From Octopus vulgaris (lineage: Eukaryota): 64,000 nucleotides of DNA. Shown in pieces: positions 56,921 to 64,000 of this stretch. A model generated the notes under the pieces. That model made no database searches. It saw only the letters and a program-made list of their open reading frames with translations, and had not been told where the DNA came from. Numbering within the stretch: the stretch's first letter is position 1; each line of letters begins with the position of its first letter. Made by a program: the position numbers and the translations under genes. The stretch is taken from NCBI GenBank assembly GCA_951406725.2, contig OX597816.1, positions 126,170,001 through 126,234,000 on the forward strand. Reading direction: 5' to 3'.

Positions 56921-58812
56921 ATAATATTATGTTGAAATTTGTCATTAAAGCTTCTTGACTGAAAATAATAAAATTCCATTTACTATATCATTGTAATTAA
57001 TTTTAATCAGGGGTCAGCTAATTGCTTCGCTACACACCGAATTTAGAAATAGCAGTTAAAATACCTATTTCACTACCATAAATATCTTCCAGACAGTAAC
57101 ACACTTATGTGTTATTGCCTGGGAGATATTTATGGTAGTGAAATAGGTATTTTAACTGCTATTTCTAAATTCGGTGTGTAGCGAAGCAATTAGCTGACCC
57201 CTGATTAAAATTATGCTTATAATTATAGAATATTTGTATAATGTTACCCTAAAAAGTTAATTTAACATACCAAATTACTTAGTTAAATCATTAATTATCA
57301 ATTAATTAATTGATTAATTAATCAATTTTGTCATTTTATTATTATTGAAATATATATATATATATATAAATAAAGTGTGTGTTTGCAGGTATATGTGTGT
57401 GTGTGCAGGCATGTGTGTGTGTGTTCACATGTTTTGAAAGAGGCTAAGAGATTAGCCATTAGAATGTAAATCTTAATTTCTATCATCAGACATTATGTAA
57501 TATTATGGTAGTATACTTGAATAAAGTATGAAACCACAAGCTACATCATGGTTGTATTGTACTCCAGCTTTATTTTCATCAGTTTAATTGATAAATATCA
57601 GTTTATATTTTTGTGAAAGGAATTGCCATACTAGATTTAAAATTCATATTTCTAGCTGAGATTTTATGTAATTGTGATCAATCACCAGGGTAGTGCACCA
57701 CTGCTCTGGTTTGATTGTCATCTAGTCATTGCAAATAGCTGACAGGCTGATAAAAATTTAACATTCCATTCACCTTTCCAGAATTTTTCATTAAGACAAT
57801 TAAAAATTAATTGTTTGTTAAAGATAAGATTTGTTAAATAATGTAACAGTCATATCACTTGTGGGTTGTGTATGCTGAGGAGGGAGGTATAATGAGATGA
57901 TATGGCCTCTTCACATAACTATGGATATACTGCATGCAATGTTTCATAAGTTTCTCCAAACAGGCTATGATATTTTGGCTCATTTTCAGTACTTTATTAT
58001 AGTAAGTAATAACTGCTTTATCTTTATGGACTTATGCATCTGGCTTCCTAGCCTTTGACGCTCACTTTCCCATCTGTAACATGGTACATTAGATGCAAAT
58101 CAATATTTTGATACATTTAAAAAATTAAAAAATTCATTTTATATTCCAACAAATATAAGCAATATGTTTTGTATATTTCCTTAAAGCATTAAAACTAGGC
58201 AATACTTACAAAATAAATGTCACATTAAATGATCACATCAGAAGCTTAGGAAAATCTAAAAAGTCATAAAAAAAAGACGATTCTAATTTTACTAGTTACA
58301 TACACACACTTTAAAATTGCTTTTGTTATTTATCTCCAGGCATATGAAAGTGTATGTGACAGTAAACAGAATACACACTTAGAACTGTAGGTCATTATTT
58401 AATTCTTGACAGTTCATTTCAGTCTTGATTTTAAGTTCATAGCTTAAGTGGAAGAATACCATTTTACAGATTGAAACAAAAATAAAATGGACAGGAATTT
58501 GAATACAGAATGAGGTGGTATGATGTTGTTAGTAATGGGATGTTTAAATGAAAATTACATTCTAAAAATGTATAACAATTAGATTGATGGATGTTGGTTA
58601 ATATATCTCATGGTTTTGTTGGAAAATGCAAAGTGTGTTTATCTTATTAGATAAATTCTTATTAAAGTATTTTCTAAAAGTACGCAAAGTTGAATAACTT
58701 ATTAAAAATATTATCAGTTTGAATATTAAGCATAATATTATGTTGAAATTTGTCATTAAAGCTTCTTGACTGAAAATAATAAAATTCCATTTACTATATC
58801 ATTGTAATTAAT
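56920..58812 (+). repeat. Exact 82-bp direct duplication (56920-57001 and 58731-58812)
   Basis: cataatattatgttgaaatttgtcattaaagcttcttgactgaaaataataaaattccatttactatatcattgtaattaat is identical at both sites. Confidence 0.95.
56998..57213. repeat. 216-bp palindrome: 106-bp arms, 4-nt loop
   Basis: Arms 56998-57103 and 57108-57213 around the loop CTTA; only 3 differences, all near the loop. Confidence 0.95.
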
Positions 58813-60835
58813 ATAACTATCAAGATTTGACATGTGTACTTTCCTTGGATTCTTTTCTCTTTTATTATTTTGTATTATCATTTATAAAACTGAGTTTATT
58901 AATATTATTTAACTCTTTGTAACTTTTTATGTTTCATTGCATTCTATATAAATCAAACTCAGTTTTCTTTAGATTTGAGGTACATATGATTTAGTCAATG
59001 GCACTAAGGTACTGATGCTACTTTATCAACTCTACATAAATATAATTCAAAACTGACCAATCAGAGAGATTTGAACTTTAATATGATAAGACAAATTATT
59101 TCATTCTACTAAAAATCAAGTGGCCTTAACTCTTTACATGAACACCACCCTGTACATAACTCCATGTCCCCCTACATGGCCTTGCTTTTTGCTTTTTGAG
59201 CCAAAAAATTAACTAACTAACTAACTAAAATCAAGTATGTTTTTGAAATTCTGGATTTATATTTCTGTGTTTATATAGGCTGGATGCTTTATTCTTGAAG
59301 TAATTACAATTTCAAATGACTCAGATGTAAAGTAAAAGTGGAATACCTCAATAGCTCAAGTCAAACCTGAATATATGATCATTTCATCAAAATACAGCAC
59401 CTTAACATCATAAATATTGTTTCATAATTATTTTTCATACATGAAAGTATTGAATTAACAGAGTTGTTAGAGTCTCTGAAAAAATGCTTCATGGTATTTT
59501 TTCCAACTATCTGGTCTTTCCTCCTTTCAGGATTAAAAAAAAGTTCCTATCCAAGCCAGTGGATTAAAAGAACTGTAAAAACTGGATACCTTGCATTATT
59601 TATTCCGTTTCTTTGCCTTCTGATTTTAAATCCTACCATGGCCTACTTGGATCATAGACTTAACCCGTCATCTGGTTTAATACCACCACCTTGCACCTCT
59701 TTACCCCTAGGGGAATTCATTTTTATTGCAATCATTTAAGTCAGGTTTCCAGTTTCAGAATACTCTCTCCCACCAGTCTTGGAGCCCTGTGATTGATCAT
59801 AGGTACTTTCTTTCTTCCTGATTAAAAGATTTTAGCATTCCCATATAGATTTTTATTATATTATTTGTATAATTTTATGTGGCATTACATCTGTATTTTC
59901 TCAGGTGTATGCATTATCCATTATTCCTTCATTAAATAGGTTGCTCTAATACTTTGCTGACATGTTTTCTACTGTTTTTATTCATCATTGAATATTATGG
60001 CATGATTTTAATTTTTTTATGTAGATGTCGTGTAAATTATGTTGTCTTGAAGTAGTATGTGTACTGTATGTTTTAATGTGTGATATAATGAATATTGTTA
60101 TGGCTCTTATAGATATGATAATATATTTATTTTTTTCTTAATATCCAGTTTGAAATATACTACTTGTACTTTATATACTTTCAGTAAAGTTAAATTTTAT
60201 GATCATGCTCTGATTTTGAGATAAGAGCTTTTGATTTTATACAATGCAAAAGCAAAACAATCTATTTTACCTAGTGATTATATTATTGTATCCTATATAA
60301 CATGATAATTGTGAGAAGATAAATTAGTAAGAAAGCATGTATATAGTATCTTGAATTGCTAGAAACGCCAGCCATGTTTCCCTCAATCATAAATAACCCT
60401 GCTTTCTTAAATAAAAAGAACACATTGGGTATCGCAATTTTTGATGTACAAAATGCTGGATTGGTCATTATTAGAGTGGTTATACTCATATATCTTCTCA
60501 ATTGAAGTTGACCTGAGAATGAACAACAACAGTGACAACAGTATTATGACCACTTTAGAAAGGGTTAAGAAATATAAGAGAACTTATCTCCTTCATCTCC
60601 TTGTACGAGTCATATTATTGGTTGTCATCTTCTGTAATAGATTCTTTGTAGTAAGTTTATGACTTTGAACAAGAAAAAGAATGTTCTCTGCTTTTTCTTT
60701 TTATATATAACTCCAGATTCTCATGTTTGAAGCTCATTCATATCCCATTCACGCAACTCATACTGTGACGTATTTTCTTTCATCTCACTTTGTATCTGTG
60801 CCTTATATTCTGAGTCATCATTAACACTATTTTTA

Positions 60836-61035
60836 AGGAGCAAGTTGGCAAAATCGTTAGCATGCCAAACAAAATGTTTAGCAGTATTTTGTTTATCCTT
60901 ATATTCTGTGTTCAAATTTCACCAAAGTCGACCTTGCCTTTCATCCTTCTGTGGTCAATAAATTAAGTACCAGTTAACCACTTGCATTGATATAATCGAC
61001 TAGCTCCTTCCCACAAAATTTCAAGCTTATAGCAG
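60836..61035 (+). mobile_element. Family C SINE
   Basis: ttggcaaaatcgttagcatg..gttcaaattt..gtcgaccttgcctttcatccttctgtggtcaataaattaagtaccag. Confidence 0.8.
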
Positions 61036-61539
61036 AAAAGACTAATAATGCTATATTTAGTTTGCTGTATACTGAACCATTTCTTACTCCATCCTTTAAA
61101 AATGGTTCAACACATATTGGTCCCTTTCTTTAATTTTGCTTATTACAAATACAATCTTTGAAAGTTGCCATATTACATCATCATCATTTTCGCAGACATA
61201 TCTATCATATCTTTTCTGATTTAGTTAAGAATTTCTGTGGTTACTGTAAATTTGCAACATCACAGGGTTTACTTGATTTATTCGAATCCTGGCATTAAGC
61301 TTTGTTTGCTTTTATACTGGATTTTTCCATGCTAGCAAGGGTTAAATAAATATATTATTGAGGCATTGTTTTACATTTGGATGCAATTCTCAATATAGTA
61401 ACCCTTACCTGTCTTTCAAGTAAGTGATCTTATTCTGTGTGTTTTGGGGGAAAGTTATTGACAAGAGAGGTGCCAGCAACGTTACTCAAACATTGTAACT
61501 TTTGAATAAACAAACATGCATGCACTCTCTCTTTCTCAC

Positions 61540-61720
61540 ATTCACACAAACACACACCCAGCCACACACATAAGATGGGCTTATTTCAGTTTCCATCTCT
61601 CAAATCTACTCTCAAGGCTTTGGTTGACCTAGTACTGCAGTATAAGACAGAGGGACTGAATTTGAAACCATGTGGTTAGAAAGCAAACATCTTAACTACA
61701 CAGCAATACCTATACCTGCA
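61540..61720 (-). mobile_element. Decayed family A SINE, 5' half
   Basis: + strand ttcagtttccatctctcaaatctactctcaaggctttggttg..gggactgaa..accatgtggttagaaagcaa..actacacagc. Confidence 0.65.
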
Positions 61721-63471
61721 GTTTAGTAAGAATCATCTTTTATGTATGTAGTTTCTATCACATTGCAAACCCTTCCTTTAATACCCAATTTAATTCTATG
61801 AGTACAAAGTGTATATATAACTTTTCTACGTAACTTCTGATATTTTACTACTTGATGGCAATTTTATCCTTTAGTGTGTTGCATGTTTAGCTCCTTTTTA
61901 TTATCAATGTAAAGGAATGCCAAATTCCATAAAAAAGCATTTTGAATAAATGTTTTTATAACCAAAGCTTAAGCTGTCCAGTGATATTAATGGTTATACT
62001 AATTTTTGGCTAAATCCCAGCATCTTGTGAAGCATGTAGAATGGAAATTTTTTTTAAATGCCGAGAGAAAGAGCTCGTAATCTTTATAGTTCTAAAAAAT
62101 ACTTTCTACTTTTAAACAAATCAATTCACATCAGCATATTTGATTACATTACTTGAACCTAATTATTGGCTATTTTAATAAGCTAATTTTGGTGATATAG
62201 GAGCATGGAGCCAGTTGTTAATTTTGACGGACATTAATCCAAGTTATACGCATATTTGTCTGTTTCTCATAACAGGTTTATTACTTGAAGTATGGAATTT
62301 ACATCTTGAATTCGTTTCTTGCATCTTTTCTGTTTAATCAGCCTGATTTATTCTTTAAAAGTGTGTTTTAAGTGAAAATATGCATGTTAGCAATTTCAAA
62401 AAAAAAAAAGTATTTTGCAATTCAGTGATTCTCAAGAATTAGTTTTCTCTCTCTCTTTGATTAATTCTTTCATCTTTCTTTTTACCATTCAGTCATATAA
62501 TTGTGGGTAATACAGATATTTTGATATGCAACCATTAAATAATCATGATGTCTTGAGGTCTTTCTCTACTGAGGAGGTCTATCTTATTGATTTTCATATT
62601 GCACTTCTGTAGGTTGGTGTTTGTAGTAAAGATAAGAAAGAGTAAAAACTCAAGAGGGCATAGATATGAGAAAGAATTAACTGTAATGTTTAGTGTGAGG
62701 TTTGGGAATAAACACTGGAGAGAAAGAAGAAACATTATTCTGTGTGCTAGTGGTTGGCATATTTTAGTGAGTAAATTATATCTGTCAGCTCGATGGTCTT
62801 TTTATGGGAATAGTGTAGGATGTTTATGTGTACATGTTTGTGGGTATATTTGTGGAGCTGTAACTCTGTACCAGAAATGGTAATCAGAGCTCTAAAGAAA
62901 GCTGACTTAAGCTTTGTAGTATGCCAGTAACTAACAAGGTTTTAAGTATTTTGGGCCCTTATATATGTAGTGACTCTTATTGCTCTGTGCTGTTTTTCTG
63001 TTTGGTTGAAATTGTCCAAGATTGTCACTGCAGTTTGTTATCAAAAAACAATTTGGAAATTGTCCAACCCTTTGCAGAAAGAAGCAGAATTATGATGGCT
63101 ATCATCCTGCATAATAAATAATAAGACGTCTTAGTAAACAGTTATATACACAATTACATAGGCTATCTACAATATGATTTAGTCTTATCTGCAATGCTTC
63201 AGATCTTTTTATATTTTTTTGCATTATAACAAAATAATAAATACACTGCCAAGTTATGCATATATTTGGTTATCTATGTTCACTAAGTAAGTGTGGGATT
63301 TGAACACCACCACCACTAAAAAAAAAATATTTATTAACAAAACTTCTAAGTAAAGGTGAAAGAGAAATAATCACTAATAACTGAATTAGTAGAGGGAAAT
63401 CTTCAACAACTATTAAAAAGAGTAAACTATTAACAGGGAACTAAACTGAAAATTATGAAACCTGAAGTGTT

Positions 63472-63688
63472 TTACCTTTTGTTACTGTATTTCTGTTGAA
63501 ATACACTGCTTTTGTCTCAATTAATTTTGAAAATAATGAAGAGTTCTGAAATATGACTTTGTCATTATTAACCTAGTGTTTGGAACATAAAGCAACATAA
63601 AATTTTTATGCAATTTGGATCATTTTAAAAGAAGTTTTTATCATTGAGCCAGGTACAGTCTCAAGCAGGTTGCTATTAAAAGGGTTAA
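63472..63688. mobile_element. Decayed piggyBac-type MITE
   Basis: ttaccttttgttac ... gctattaaaaggg-TTAA imperfect TIRs; length similar to the MITE at 40010-40226. Confidence 0.5.
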
Positions 63689-64000
63689 AGATATCTCTAT
63701 TAAAGATATCTCTGTTATTATTGTATGAACTTTAATATAGCTCCTTATTCTTAACCATGTAAACATAGAGCTTCCAGTTGCAATTTAATGAATAGGGATT
63801 TTATTACCAAGTTTGTAAGTTCAAATTTGAAATTATATGAATGAAAATGAACAGTGGCATAGCATGTACAGAAAATAGTGGTCACTCATTTGTTAAATGG
63901 CATATACTTTCAACATATATTTGCCCTCAACATGAAAAAAGTGACCATCTTATATTGTTTATATGCCCTGTGAACACCACACTATACCACTGAAAATGAA

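Overview
AT-rich, repeat-dominated animal genomic DNA. The SINE families and the (AT)n/(GT)n load look like an octopus genome (recognition by eye, not searched). No intact host protein-coding gene can be supported; the ORF track is almost all microsatellite translation or transposon fragments. Contents: two CR1-group LINE RT copies (1-1186, 6083-7737), an RTE LINE fragment, a fossil Penelope-like element (RT plus GIY-YIG, 20.6-23.0 kb), a restriction-like-endonuclease LINE remnant, Tc1 and pogo/Tigger transposase pseudogenes, several MITEs and many tRNA-derived SINEs. The main unexplained signal is a dense cluster of type I hammerhead ribozyme (HHR) motifs between 4.9 and 12.2 kb, in about six different short non-coding elements. 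These include a 362-bp tandem, retrozyme-like repeat whose HHR has a U3-A8 core (UUGAAAA), a 131-bp inverted pair with a G3-C8 core (GUGAACA), long-stem-II HHRs, and a tRNA-promoter-plus-HHR chimera. Also present: a 216-bp near-perfect palindrome attached to an exact 82-bp templated insertion (56.9-57.2 kb), and probable consensus artefacts at 1.2-2.7 kb. All folds and alignments were done by eye.
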